Assembly (NCBI GenBank): GCA_951406725.2 | Contig: OX597827.1 | Span: forward strand, 18,476,001 to 18,540,000 | Source: Octopus vulgaris | Taxonomy: Eukaryota | Direction of reading: 5' to 3' | DNA: 64,000 nt | Shown: positions 25,755-38,648 of the stretch, in pieces | How the letters are laid out: each line of letters begins with the position of its first letter | Position numbering within the stretch: the first letter of the stretch is position 1 | Program-made: the position numbers and the translations under genes | The notes under the pieces: model-generated | Told to the model about the DNA's origin: nothing | The model's database searches: none | The model's input: the letters and a program-made list of their open reading frames with translations, nothing else

Positions 25755-26177
25755 GGATCTTTTCGGTTTGAACGGCAGTTTTTAACATAATTTCTAGGTA
25801 ACTAAACACTTTTAAACTTCGTATACTGGTAGAATGTGTTTATAAAACATCTTTTTCTCTTGGCTTTCTTGAGAAAATTCTATAGTTTGTAAGATATTTG
25901 TTGTTTCTTTTCTTCAATTTCTGCAATTTCAACCAATCACTGACATCTATTGAGGTAAAAAAAAACATTCTGTGCCGTATGAATATGTCCCTCGTTTAAG
26001 AAACAGATTGGGTTTATTTACATTTGTGAAGAAAAAAAGATACCCTTCCCCCACCCCTAACTAACCTTAACCCTAAAAGAGATTGAAATGCAATAGATCG
26101 ATACTAGGGTCATAATTATGGGTGACAATTTCATATGACACCGCTAGAAAAAACTGCCGGTCAAACAGAAAACATCC
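25755..26177 (+). mobile_element. Merlin-like MITE
   Basis: TIRs and perfect TSD ATGAGGAG. Confidence 0.92.
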
Positions 26178-26498
26178 ATGAGGAGATCTGTTGCTATCAC
26201 AAATCCCAAGACAGCATTCCTGCTAATTAAATTTATATATAAAAGTTTTGGCCAACGCCGGTGACGCGTAACCGGCACCCGTGCCGGTGGCACGTAAAAC
26301 GCACCCTTCGAATTTTGGGTCTCACGGAGGCATTGACATTTGAGCGACAGTTATCAATAGGACAAGTACAAAGCTTTAAAAAACACGTCCTAGGGTTGAT
26401 TTGTTCAACTGAAACCCTTCAAAGACCCTTCATGCTCCAGCATGACCGCAGCTAATCAAATGACTGAAACAAGTAAAATACACACACACATATATATT

Positions 26499-26802
26499 AC
26501 CGTGATTGACCAGGCAATCAGATGTTGCTACACATCGCTGGTCACAATGCATTTCGCATTGTTTTTTAGCCTTCAAATGACGCCACCCCGCTGACTAATC
26601 GAGCAGGCCAACAGAAGAAAGGGTGAGAGAAAGTTGTGGCGAAAGAGTACAGCAGGGATCGCCACCACCCCCTGCCGGAGCTTCTTGAAGCTTTGGGTGT
26701 TTTCACCTAAAGGTGTAAACACCCACAACGCCCGGTCTGGGAATCGAAACCGCGATCCTACGACAGCGAGTCCGCTGCCCTAACCACTGGGCCATTGCGC
26801 CT

Positions 26803-26804
<2 letters not shown>
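26499..26804 (-). mobile_element. tRNA-derived SINE family C, full length
   Basis: Minus head GGAGGCGCAATGGCCCAGTGGTTAGGGCAGCGGACT...GGTTTCGATTCCC, with A and B boxes. Confidence 0.85.
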
Positions 26805-26841
<37 letters not shown>

Positions 26842-26892
26842 TATACACATATATATATATACACATATATATATATACACATATATATATAC

Positions 26893-26923
<31 letters not shown>

Positions 26924-27110
26924 CATATATATATACACATATATATATATACACATATATATATATACACATATATATATATATACACATATATATATAC
27001 ATATATATATACATATATATATATACACATATATATACATATATATATACATATATATATACACATATATATACATATATATATACATATATATATACAT
27101 ATATATATAC

Positions 27111-27143
<33 letters not shown>

Positions 27144-27234
27144 CATATATATATACATACACATATATATATACATATATATATACATATATACATATAT
27201 ATATATATACATATATATATACATATATATATAT

Positions 27235-27273
<39 letters not shown>

Positions 27274-27362
27274 TATATACATATATATATACATATATAT
27301 ATATATACACATATATATACATATATATATATATACACATATATATATACATATATATATAC

Positions 27363-27404
<42 letters not shown>

Positions 27405-27460
27405 ATATATATATATACACATACATATATATATATATATATGTACGCATACATACACAC
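26805..27460. repeat. ~650-bp interrupted (TA)n microsatellite (TATATAC variants)
   Basis: Directly visible. Source of the 225-260-aa YI/VY ORFs. Confidence 0.97.
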
Positions 27461-27916
27461 ACAAGAAGTTGAACAAGTAAAACAATTATATCAAGTAATT
27501 AATTTAAGAAACAAGAACGAAACAACATGAACAGACAAGTCTATACACACACACACACACACACTGTATATACCTGTAGCATTAAGTTTATAGCAAGATA
27601 GGTGAAGTATTCTGCCAGAGGCGACTTCAAACGGATTTGCCGACTGTCGGGCTGGTTCTTCTGATGTTTGAAGCGACTTCATAGCCAACTGACCTTCGAC
27701 CCATTTTACAATGGGGATGGGGGAGGGGGAGAGAAGAAAAGAAGAGAGAAGAGAGGAGGTGGGTGGGGAGGAGGAGGGTCAACACAAAAGAATAGAAAAG
27801 TCGTTAAAGGTGACAGTGGAGGTGGTAGATGTGTAGGGGAGGGTGTAATGATACAGGGCACCGTATACGTTTAGGATGTTAAAGAACAAAAATACAAGGG
27901 TTTAACGAACACGGGT

Positions 27917-27970
<54 letters not shown>

Positions 27971-27987
27971 GAGTAAGTAGTAGTTGT

Positions 27988-28405
27988 GGATCTTTTCGGT
28001 TTGAACGGCAGTTTTTAACATAATTTCTAGGTAACTAAAAAATTTTAAACTTCGTATACTGGTAGAATGTGTTTATAAAACATCTTTTTCTCTTGGCTTT
28101 ATTGAGAAAATTTTATAGTTTGTAAGATATTTGTTGGTATTTTTTTCTTCAATTTCTGCAATTTCAACCAATCAATAACGTTTATTGAGGTAAAAAAAAA
28201 ACATTCTGTGCCGTATGAATATGTCCCTCGTTTAAGAAACAGATTGGGTTTATTTACAGTTGTGAAGAAAAAAAGATACCTTTCCCTCCACCCCTAACCC
28301 TAAAAGAGATTGAAATGCAATAGATCGATACTAGGGTCATAATTATGGGTGACAATTTCATATGACACCGCTAGAAAAAAACTGCCGTTCAAACCGAAAA
28401 GATCC
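27988..28405 (+). mobile_element. Merlin-like MITE
   Basis: TIRs present, no TSD. Confidence 0.9.
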
Positions 28406-28885
28406 CAGCTTTTTTCTTCTTTTACTATTGTTGTTTTGTTGGGGCGTGGGTACAAGCCGAATATGCTTCCTTGCAGTACGTTTAATTATTTTTAGTCTAT
28501 CCCGGGGGAATGTAAGACAAAAAAGCTGACCTCGGCATCATTGAAACAGACCGCACGATCAGTTCGGTGGCAGATTTTTTCTTCCTTTCTCGGTTTAAAA
28601 ACACCAGCAACCAACCGGTCCTTGAGTACATTCAACGGAGTTCATTCCGTTGCAAAATATTCGGGTCAAGTCTCCATTTTGAGGATTAATGGACACTGCT
28701 TCTCCCACCCCACAACTTCAGTTAAGCGCAACTTCATCACATAAAACAGTTTCCAATCGCTAAAAAATTTTAAAAAAGGCTAGATTGAAGAAACATCAAA
28801 AGAACAAGTTGAAGCGAACAATGGTGAGATGTACCTTCGACATCAACTGTACACAGTTCGACAAAGGTTAGTGTAAACCTGAATG

Positions 28886-29302
28886 GGATCTTTTCGGTTT
28901 GACCGGCAGATTTTTAATATAATTTCCCCGCAACTAAAAAATCTTAAACATCGTATACTGGTAGAATGTGTTTATAAAACATTTTTTTCTCTTGGCTTTA
29001 TTGAGAAAATTCTATGGTTTGTAAGATATTTGTTGGTTTTTTTCTTCTTCAATTTTTGCAATTTCAACCAATCAATGACGTCTATTGAGGTAAAAACACA
29101 TTCTGTGCCGTATGAATATGTCCCTCGTTTAAGAAACAGATTGGGTTTATTTACATTTGTGAAGAAAAAAAGATACCCTTCCCCCCAACCCTAACCCTAA
29201 AACAGATTGAAATGCAATAGATCGATACTAGGGTCATAATTATGGCTGACAATTTCATATGACACTGCTAGAAAAAAACTGCCGGTCAAACCGAAAAGAT
29301 CC
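28886..29302 (+). mobile_element. Merlin-like MITE
   Basis: TIRs present (both carry the GACCGGCAG variant), no TSD. Confidence 0.9.
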
Positions 29303-29326
29303 CCCGATTAATTTAGCTACTAAAGT

Positions 29327-29589
29327 AGGGATTTTCAACAGGGGTCCATTAAAGATTGGGGGGGTGGAGGCGCAGATGCAATATAGTAAATTGGGAATCC
29401 ATGGTGATACGTCCACAACACAAAATATTTAAACGATTTTTATATAATTCTTAATATTTAATTATAAAAATACAATAGAAATTTTTAAACATTGAAGATC
29501 ATGGCCGGGGGGGGGGGGGGGCTATCCAAGTAAAATAGGAATCAATGGGGGGGGGGGGGCATACGTAAAAAAATAGTAGAGGATCCCAG
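29327..29589. mobile_element. Degraded hAT-like MITE related to 10916-11616
   Basis: TAGGGATTTTCAACAGGGGTCCAT start, with shared internal AATAGTAAATTGGG and AATCAATGGGG blocks. Confidence 0.55.
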
Positions 29590-29783
29590 TGCTATATCAC
29601 TAATATTAATTTCATCGCCCGCCGGAGAGACTGAGCGGAAGAGTATGTCTCATTCAGCACAAACAATGATGTGTGTTTAATGTGAATAGCACAGAAGTGG
29701 GCGTGGAAGACGTGGGGTGGTGTATGGAGAGTGGAATGTGTTGGTGTATTGATAGTGAAACAAAAACAGTGAATGCCAAACTA

Positions 29784-30641
29784 CAGTGATCTATCGCTAC
29801 TTCGCGGTTCAACTACCGCGGATTTTTAAAAATATATATATATATATATATATAGTAAATCCAAACAAGAAAGCACAAAAAAAACACAACGCGAGGACGT
29901 GGAACAAATATAGTATTATTGGACGCTCAGGAAAGAAGGAGGGTTTAACGTTTCGAGCGGAGCTCTTCGTCGGAAACATAGGAGAAGGAAAGATCCAGAG
30001 AAGGGAAGATGGAGGGGAAAAAATCGCCAAAGGTACACACGAGGTCACATTTTGAAAGACCGGAAGGAAATGGGTGAAGAAAGGATGTTTTCAAAGACAG
30101 GAGAGTAGTATTGTCAAAGACGGGAGAATGGTAGAGGAGGAGGAATGTGTGTGTAAGCGCGGAGGTGTGCGTGTGTGTGTGTGCAATGATGACACGTGTG
30201 TGTGTGTGTGTGGTTGTGGCGCCTAAAATTTTTCATTAAATCCATTAAAATATTAATAATAAATATTATTTCCTAGTCTAGGAACAACAAAACAAGCGTA
30301 AAATTGCAAAAAAGCATATAGAGGGACATTTGAACTTAAGACGGGCTGTGATTGGTGCAATGGAGAGAGAGACGACGAATCACAGCTTTCTATTTTGTAA
30401 TCTGGCCTGTGTAACAGTGACAATATTTATTTTTTAAAAATCTAAAGTGTTATTGCTTAACAGTTGTCTTTGTTATTAATAGACTACTGTAATGGGTGGG
30501 TTGTTAACAGTACATGGCAGGTTTTAAAAGTCCAAATACGCGTTAAGTAAATACTGTAAATATGGTGTCCCTACTTCGCGGAAATTCAGTTATCGCGGCC
30601 GGTCTCGGAACCAATCTACCGCGATAAACGAGGGATCACCG
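29784..30641. mobile_element. pogo/Tigger-like non-autonomous DNA transposon with a nested insertion
   Basis: TA|CAGTGATCTATCGCTACTTCGCGG ... CCGCGATAAACGAGGGATCACCG|TG termini. Confidence 0.72.
29853..30130 (-). mobile_element. Penelope-like short element (family H1) with hammerhead-like motif
   Basis: Motif 29943-29977 reads GUUU-CCGACGA-A-GAGC-UCC-GCUC-GAAAC-GUU-AAAC. Homologous to 38180 and 58170. Confidence 0.72.
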
Positions 30642-31237
30642 TGTGTTTTACTAGGTATGCACTTAACTTTCAGAAAGTGGTACAAGTTAACAAGTGAATA
30701 TTACTTGCATATAAAAATGGTCAGAATTTAACATCCATTTTTTCAAGCTTCCATATGGGTCAAACGAAATTTGTCCCCCAAAGCCAGACATGTTTTTCAT
30801 AGAAGACTGAAAACGAGCATTACTGCTTATATGAAGGTGATGTTCGTTTACAATCGTCACGTTATGTCAAGGCAAGACAACACACAAACACATGTAAGAT
30901 GGGCTACACTACTTCCATCTACCAAATCCATTCACAAGGATTTGATCCATCTGGGTCTATAGTAGAAGGCACTTTGTCCTAGGTTCCACACAATGGGACT
31001 GAACGGAAGACCATATGGTTGGAAAGCAAGCTTTTTAACCATGTAGCCCACATTTGTGCTATAAACTAGTTTATGCTGTACACACTTTGACCATCCATTG
31101 TGGGGTACCTGGAGAGGGGGGATCCCGTTTTGCCCCCCCCCCTCCTTGAAAACTGAAGTGGAATATGGGTTTAAAAACTGGATTGCATGAAGTGTGCAGA
31201 TGATGTGTGATGACGAAACATGGGCAGTGAATGTAGA

Positions 31238-31445
31238 ATGTGGACAACGAAAAACCAGTGAAGGCTGATCTGGAACCCAACCTAGGCCCCCATGTCTACG
31301 GCGTTCGCCGCTGGAATAAGGGGTGGTTGGAGATCACGCGGTCGTTAGCCTCAAATCGCCAGGCCTGGTCGGCGTTTGTGAGAGATGCAGCATTGAGGAT
31401 GAATGAAGCCAGCTCAACTCACCCCGGGTGAATGCTGTCTCAAAT
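31238..31445 (+). mobile_element. 5'-truncated RTE-clade LINE (SR2-like C-terminus)
   Basis: VKADLEPNLGPHVYGVRRWNKGWLEITRSLASNRQAWSAFVRDA...STHPG*. 13-bp TSD CAGTGAATGTAGA at 31225-31237 and 31446-31458. Confidence 0.82.
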
Positions 31446-31684
31446 CAGTGAATGTAGAGGAAAGACTACCTGAAGCAGTATGTGCAACAAGTGCAGTGGT
31501 GTATGGTACTGAACGTAAAAATTTTGCATATCAATTGTGAAGTAAATTAACTTGGAATTTTCAATGGAAGTTTACCAGAAAATCTTGAATATGCCCAAGG
31601 AGGAGAGAAAGGCAGAAGAAACAGGAAACGATATCAAAAGGCGCTTACCAATTTAAATTATTTATATATTGCATAGCTGATAAA

Positions 31685-31898
31685 TTAATCCTTTAGCATT
31701 TAAACTGGCCATATCCAGCCCAAATATTTCACCTGTTTTATGGTGAAGCTGACCAGATCTGGTCTCTCACACCAATTCTACAATGTCATTCTAAAAATAT
31801 ACACTCACTCACATCATCAAAATTTTTAGACTACATGATAATATACATGATTAATTCAAAACAGTGTGAATAAATAAGTATCACTACTAAGGGGTTAA
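31685..31898. mobile_element. piggyBac-like MITE
   Basis: TTAA-TCCTTTAGCATTTAAACTGGCCATATCC ... TAAGGGG-TTAA. Homologous to 37340. Confidence 0.7.
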
Positions 31899-31958
31899 CC
31901 CTAACCCCTGGTACTAAGAAACACCTAAGAAACCCAGTTTACATATCCTCAATTTCAT

Positions 31959-32505
31959 GGCAACAATTGTAGGGAAGATAAATCATCCCACCTGTTGCTG
32001 ATTGAACCCCAGCGCCCGGTTCTTATGATTAACCCCCTTAGTATATTCAAACTAGCCATATCCAACTCAAATATCCCTACCTGTTTTGTATTCAAAATGA
32101 ATCCCTACCTGTTTTGTATTCAAAATGACTAAGTTAGGCCTCTGACCCTTACTCTTCTAAAAGGTCATCAAAATCTCAAAGCTATGAGATAATTAATTAC
32201 AGGATTGATTAAAAAACAGGCAACAATTGTAGGGAAGATAAATCATCCCACCTGTTGCTGATTGAACCCCAGCGCCCAGTTCTTATGATTTAACCCTTTA
32301 GCATTTAAACTGGCCATATCCAACTCAAATATCCCTACCTGTTTTGTATTCAAAATGACTAAGTTAGGGCCTCTCACTCTTGATCTTCTAAAAGGTCATC
32401 AAAATCTCAAAGCTATGAGATAATTAATTACAGGATTGATTAAAAAACAATGTGAATCAATAAGAATTACCATTTGACAGAATAATCTGAATGCCAAAGG
32501 GTTCA
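31959..32505. repeat. ~260-bp tandem duplication containing a piggyBac-like MITE
   Basis: GGCAACAATTGTAGGGAAGATAAATCATCCCACC at about 31959 and 32219. Second unit ends GAATGCCAAAGGGTT. Confidence 0.85.
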
Positions 32506-32701
32506 AAGCATTTCTGCAAGATCCTTCAGTCATAGGGTATCTGAAGATTATATGATTATACAATGTACCCTTTCATTCAGATAACAGTAAGGGTGTGATT
32601 TAGGGAAGATCCGGCTCCCCTGTTTCGATCAACAGCGGCCTCATAGAAGTACTCTAGTTGGCTACCAATTTTAGGTTTCTAATAATATTATTCTTTTGTT
32701 C

Positions 32702-33047
32702 CTTTACTTGTTTCAGTTATGTGACTGTGGCCATGCTGGAGCACTGCCTCAAAGGGTCTTATTTGAATAAATTGACAGAAGGATTTATTTTAAGCCTAGT
32801 ACTTATTTCATTGGTCTCTTTTACTGAACTGCTAAGTTACAGAGGACATAAACACACCAACAACGGTTGTCAAGACACACACACAAATATACGATGGGCT
32901 TCTTTCAGTTTCCATCCACCAAATCCACTCACAAGGCTTCAGTCGGCCCGAGGCTATAGTAGAAGACACTTGCCCAAGGTGCCACACAATAGGATTGAAC
33001 CTGGATCTACATGGTTGCAAAGTGAGCTTCTTAACCACACAGCCAAG
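32702..33047 (-). mobile_element. SINE A, CpG-decayed
   Basis: Homology to SINE A with many CG>TG/CA changes. Confidence 0.85.
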
Positions 33048-33418
33048 CCAATCTTAGGGGTGGGAGGTCCTGAAAAAAGGCCAGGAATACTCTCCTTCCT
33101 CCTGATCAAAAAAAACTGTGGAGAAAAGAGAGTAAACATTGAGACTGATTGCAGCTGTTACAGTTCACCTCTTTTAATGCGGTTATACTAATGGGTACCT
33201 ATGTTTGATTATAAAGGTTTCTTGAGTAATTAAATTATAATAATAGCCATAGTGTATTGGAGGTCTTTGATGTTGAGATAGTAACGGATGGGCTCAATAG
33301 CTTCTCTCAATGTTGCCCAGTGCCCAGCTGGTGTCAATAACTAATGGATAGATCGATAAATCAATACCCTCCATTACTACTCCAGTTCACTTATCTCTAA
33401 GTAGAATGGTTTAAAGCT

Positions 33419-33700
33419 TAGTTAGTTAGTTAAGTTAGTTAATTTTTTGGCTCACAAAGCAAGGCCATATAGGGGGACATGTAGTTATGTACAGGGTGGT
33501 GTTCATGTAAAGAGTTCAGGCCACTTGTGGTCAAGGGAGACTTTGAACCAAGCGGTCATCGGCATCTTCACTATCTCGTCCGGCAGCTTATTCCACGGAT
33601 CCGCAACCTGGACGGAGAAAGCCCCTCTCCTTCGATTGAGATGAAATCGTCGCAGATAGAGCTTTTTGGAGTGACCCCGCAGCCAACGCCCTGGAGCAGG
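33419..33700 (-). mobile_element. 3' end of a CR1/L2-group LINE (ORF2 C-terminus, 3'UTR, (TAAC)n tail)
   Basis: Minus translation LRGHSKKLYLRRFHLNRRRGAFSVQVADPWNKLPDEIVKMPMTAWFKVSLD matches the RGH..KL...FS.RV...WN.LP...FK..LD motif. Confidence 0.88.
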
Positions 33701-33888
33701 AAACAGCTTAGAAACAGCTGTAGCTGTAGAAAATGAACCTGTGTCTTATCAACTATTAACTCATAGAGGCAGGTAAGATAGTGGGCTGTCAATCCCCAAG
33801 GTATGAGTTCAAACCCCTTTCAGGCTTTTTATGTCATTTTTGTCTCTGGACAAAATACTTCATTCTATATTGTCTCTGTTGTGATGTA

Positions 33889-34262
33889 TGCTTTAATCCT
33901 TTGGACTGCGACCATGCTGGAGCACTGCCTTTAGTCGAGCAAATTGACCCCTGAGCTTATTCTTTGTAAGCCTAGTACTTATTCTATCAGTCATTTGTGC
34001 CGAACCACTAACTTACAGGGATGTAAACACACCAGCATTCGTTGTCAAGCTATGTTGGGAGGGACAAACACAGACACACAAACTTATACACATACATATA
34101 CATACATATATGATGGGCTTTTTCCATCTACCAAATCCACTCATAAGGCTTTGGTCGGCCAAAGGCCATAGTAGAAGACACTTGCCCAAGGTGCCACGCA
34201 GTGGGACTGGACCCGGAACCATGTGGTTGGTAAGCAAGCTACTTACCACACAGCCACTCCTG
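33889..34262 (-). mobile_element. SINE A
   Basis: Homology to SINE A. Confidence 0.87.
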
Positions 34263-34413
34263 TATCTATATATATATATAAATAATGAGGGAGATAAATT
34301 GAATATTAATTTAGTTAATATCAATTTAAAACCAGTAGCCTAGCATACAAAAGTCTGCTAGGCTCTGATTTTTCAGACTTTATAAATATAAATATATATA
34401 TATCATCATCATT

Positions 34414-34464
<51 letters not shown>

Positions 34465-34729
34465 CCAGAATTTACTTGTTCTGACCCATTTGAGGTAAGA
34501 CATTATTATTGTTCACTGATATTTTTTCCTATCTTGTCTGTAATAGATTTGTGACTTTTCGGTGGTACAGAAGTATTTTTTGACTTCTATCATTAGCGAT
34601 ATAGGTACTCATGTAATACCCTTGTATATATGTACATATCTGATATTGTATGTATGTATTTTATTAATTTGCCTGTATGGCTGATAATTCGATACCACTT
34701 GTGATGATATTTTAATAATACCATCCCTA

Positions 34730-34767
<38 letters not shown>

Positions 34768-34768
<1 letters not shown>

Positions 34769-34965
34769 TCTCTTTTACTTGTTTCAGTCATTTGACTGCG
34801 GCCATGCTGGAGCACTGCCTTTAGTCGAGCAACTCAACCCCGGGACTTATTCTTTTTGTAAGCCCAGTACTTATTCTATCGGTCTCTTTTTGCCGAAACG
34901 CTAAGTGACGGGGACGTAAACACACCAGCATCGGTTGTCAAGCAATGCTAGGGGAACAAACACAG

Positions 34966-34999
<34 letters not shown>

Positions 35000-35162
35000 G
35001 ACAGGCTTCTTTCAGTTTCTGTCTACCAAATCCACTCACAAGGCATTGGTCGGCCTGGGGTTATAGCAGAAGACACTTGCCTAAGATGCCACGCAGTGGG
35101 ACTGAACCCGGAACCATGTGGTTGGTTAGCAAACTACTTACCACACAGCCACTCCTGCGCCT
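34768..35162 (-). mobile_element. SINE A, full length
   Basis: Homology to SINE A, flanked by (TA)n. Confidence 0.9.
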
Positions 35163-35624
35163 ATATATATATATATATATACTAACATAAATAAATCTTC
35201 ATGTTTCAAGAATATGGTAACAAAAGGGCTGGAAGGATCATAAGAGTTGAAAGAATGGCTTTGCAGTATTTCTTCCAACTCCTTACTTCTTGATTTCAAA
35301 TCCTGCCATGGTCAACTTCCCCTTCCATCCTTTGTGGATAGATAGAGTAAAGCCAGTGCTGAACTTTGTTTCCATATTCCCATCATTCATCCCAGATGTG
35401 GATGTAATTATTGATAGATGTCTTAAATCAGTCACCAACAAAACAGGGAGCATCTTCCTGCAAGTTCACTCTTCTTGATGGAAGGAGCAAGCCCGGTTAA
35501 ACCTTCCTCGAGTCATATTCCTCATTACTTTCAATATGAAAGGTCAGGCACAGGTGTTGATGTCTAGCACAAGAGAGCCAATCTCTGTTCTGTATTAAAT
35601 GGTTTTGCTGGTATCATCACCACC

Positions 35625-36125
35625 ATCATCAATATCATTTAATGTCCATTTTCCATGCTGGCACGGGTTGGATGGTTTGACTGAAAACTGGTAAGCTGGA
35701 GAGCTGCACCAGTTTCTGACCAGATTTGGCAAGGTATCTATGGCTGGATGCCCTTCCAAATGCCAACCACTCCGAGAGTGTGGTGGGTGCTTTTCAAGTG
35801 CCACCAGTACAGGTGCCATTGACCCGACACTGACATCGGCCACGACTATGGTCTCACTTGGCTTGACAGGTCTACTCAAGCATGGTATATCACCAAATGT
35901 CTCGGTCACCTTTCACTAACTCCATGAGGCCCAACGCTCAAACAGTGCTCTTTACATGCCACCAGCCATGGGTGCCAGTCAGATGGCACTGGCATCAACC
36001 ATAACTACAATTTCACTCAGTTCGACAGGTCTTCAGAAGCACTGCATATTGCCAAGCATTTGAAGGGTTCTTTTAACGGGCCAGTTATGCGACACTGGCA
36101 TTGGCCACAACTATGATCTCACTCA
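35625..36125 (-). mobile_element. SINE-like family D with internal repeats, CpG-decayed
   Basis: TGGCTGGATGCCCTTCC, followed by three repeats of CACTGGCAT.GGCCAC.ACTA.GATCTCACT. Confidence 0.75.
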
Positions 36126-36206
36126 ACAATCCAGAAATGTATGTTTAAGGAGATATGATTGCTTAACTGTGATAATCAATATTTCTTTTAACTGTATTGG
36201 TACAAG

Positions 36207-36590
36207 TGTGACTATATGGTAGGAAGTTTATTTTCCAACCACATGGTCCTGGGTTCACTCCCACTGTGTGGCACCTTGGGCAAGAATCTTCTACTATAGC
36301 CTCGGGACAACCAAAACATTGTGAGTGGATTTGGTAGACAGAAACTGAAAGAAGCCCATCATGTGTGTGCATGTGTGTGTTTATCTGCCACCACTGCTTG
36401 ACAAGCAGTGCTGGTTTGTTTACCTCCCCATAACTTAGCAGTTCAGCAAAAGAGACTGATAGAATAAGTTCCAGGTTTTTTAAAAATATATATATAAATA
36501 AGTAAATACTTGAGTTGAATCATCTAAGTGAAATTCCTCTATACAGTGCTCCAGCATGGCTTAAGTCCGATGACCGAAACAAGACAAAAG
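36207..36590 (+). mobile_element. SINE A, degraded
   Basis: CCAACCACATGG...GGCACCTTGGGCAAG...AGAAACTGAAAGAAGCCCATC. Confidence 0.8.
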
Positions 36591-36693
36591 ACATTTCAAT
36601 GGTGGAAATCTGTAATATTATTGAAATGATTTGGGCCTTGGCTATTGGTAAGGACATGTTGACTGCACCTAAGTCATTCGCCAGACACTTTTG

Positions 36694-37100
36694 CATCATC
36701 ATCATCATCGTTTAGCGTCCACTTTCCATGCTAGCATGGTTTGGACGGTTCAACTGGGGTCTGGGAAGCCAGAAGGCTGCACCAGGCCCAGTCTGATCTG
36801 GCAATGTTTCTACGGCTGGATGCCCTTCCTAACGCCAACCACTCCGTGAGTGTAGTGGGTGCTTTTTACGTGGCACCGGCACAGGTGCCACGCGAGGCTG
36901 GCAACGGCCACGATCGGATGGTGATTTTTACGTGCCACCGGCACGAAGGCCAGTCGGGGCGGCACTGGCAACGGCCACGTTCGGATGGTTCTCTTATGTG
37001 CCACCGGCGCTGGTATCACAGCTACAATTTCCATTGATGCTGATTGATTTTGATTTTGATTCTGATTCTCACTTGCCTCAACAGGTCTTCACAAGTAGTT
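36694..37100 (-). mobile_element. SINE-like family D with (GAT)n tail
   Basis: (CAT)n-CGTTTAGCGTCCACTTTCCATGCTAGCATGG...ACGGCTGGATGCCCTTCCTAACGCC, plus internal repeats TGGCAACGGCCACG.TCGGATGGT. Confidence 0.8.
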
Positions 37101-37339
37101 TGCATAGATCATCATTTTTGTCGGAAAGGTACCCAGAACAGTAAATATGCAGGAATTTGTATAGGTTTTGTCTGTGGAAGGGCTGACATTGTATGGCTCT
37201 GTAAGCTAATAAAAACGTGCATGTTAAATGAATAATTACAGTTTTCTGGATACTTGCAACAACAGTGAACTGACTCACTCACCATGGCATCTATTTACAG
37301 CCAGATTTACTTGGACTACAGTAAAATTTAAGTTATTAA

Positions 37340-37559
37340 CCCTTTAGTATTTAAACCGGCCATATCCGGCCAAAATATTTAATCTGTTTTATGTTCAAAC
37401 TGACCAGATCCAGGCTCTCACACCTACCCTACAATGTTATTCTACATTAAGTAATTACACCATCAAGATCTTGAAGATATGAGATAATTGCATGATTAAT
37501 TCAAATCAATGGGAATCAATAAGCATTATGTTTGATAGAATAATCTGAACACTAAAGGG
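37340..37559. mobile_element. piggyBac-like MITE
   Basis: TTAA|CCCTTTAGT ... ACTAAAGGG|TTAA. Confidence 0.85.
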
Positions 37560-37940
37560 TTAACAGGAAAAATGTAAAGTGGTGATTCTTTGGAGAGCTT
37601 TTACACTCTTTAAAATATTGTTGACGATGATGATGTTTCTTGAAACTATTTCCTGTTCTCTAGTATATAAAAGCACTATTATACCGTTTTTATATTTATT
37701 TCATCAGTAAGTGTCTGCGAGAGAACCAGATCCACAACAGCCAGGTTAAGGGACCTTCCATACCCCCCAAGGCAATGCAAATTTCTCTTATTCATGCAGC
37801 GACAGACATTTAGAATCCAAAAAGGTCAACCTACCAATGACGTCACTTTTCCAATTACTTTGCTAAATCCTTCAAGGCAATCACCATAGTATTCTTCGGT
37901 GAATGCAGAAATCTTTTATATATATATATTTATATATATA

Positions 37941-38125
37941 GGGAGAGTTTACGATAAAAACAAAAGATGAAGACAGGTGGTGTACAAAACAAACAGATGT
38001 ATTAGTATAATGCTCAGGAATAGAAAAAGTCTTTTACGTTTCGAGCCTTCGCTCTTCTACAGAAAGGGACACAGAAAAAATAAGGAGAGAAAAAAATGTG
38101 CATATTGGCTAACGATCTTCATGGT
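37941..38125 (-). mobile_element. Penelope-like short element (family H2) with hammerhead-like motif
   Basis: Motif 38031-38066 reads CUUU-CUGUAGA-A-GAGC-GAAG-GCUC-GAAAC-GUA-AAAG. Confidence 0.72.
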
Positions 38126-38134
38126 GTATGTATG

Positions 38135-38179
<45 letters not shown>

Positions 38180-38184
<5 letters not shown>

Positions 38185-38376
38185 TAATCCAAACATGAAA
38201 ACACAACAACACGAGGATGTGGAACAAATATAGTATTATTGGATGCTCAGGAAGGAGGGGAAGAAGGAGGGTTTTACATTTCAAGCGGAGCTCTTCGTCA
38301 GAAACATTGGTAAAGATAAGATCCAGAGAAGGGAAGACGGAGGTAAAAAAATCGCCAACGGTACACACACGGTCAT
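38180..38376 (-). mobile_element. Penelope-like short element (family H1) with canonical-core hammerhead-like motif
   Basis: Motif 38271-38305 reads GUUU-CUGACGA-A-GAGC-UCC-GCUU-GAAAU-GUA-AAAC. Confidence 0.72.
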
Positions 38377-38407
38377 ATATATATATATATATATACTCTA
38401 TTTTTTT

Positions 38408-38597
38408 TTTTACTTGTTTCAGTAATTTGACTGCGGCCATGCTGGAGCACCACCTTTAGTCGAGCAAATCGACCCCGGGACTTATTCTTTGTAAGCCTAG
38501 TACTTATCTTATCTGTCTCTTTTGCTGAACCGCTAAGTGACAGGGACGTAAACACACCAGCATTGGTTGTCAAGCAATGCTAGGGGGACAAACACAG

Positions 38598-38648
<51 letters not shown>

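Noticed and set aside
26730-26804. tRNA gene
   Set aside because: A and B boxes are present, but there is no proper acceptor stem and it continues into a SINE body.
26703-27485. Long ORFs (225-260 aa) and similar YI/VC/HT-rich ORFs throughout
   Set aside because: They are translations of (TA)n/(CA)n microsatellites that lack stop codons.
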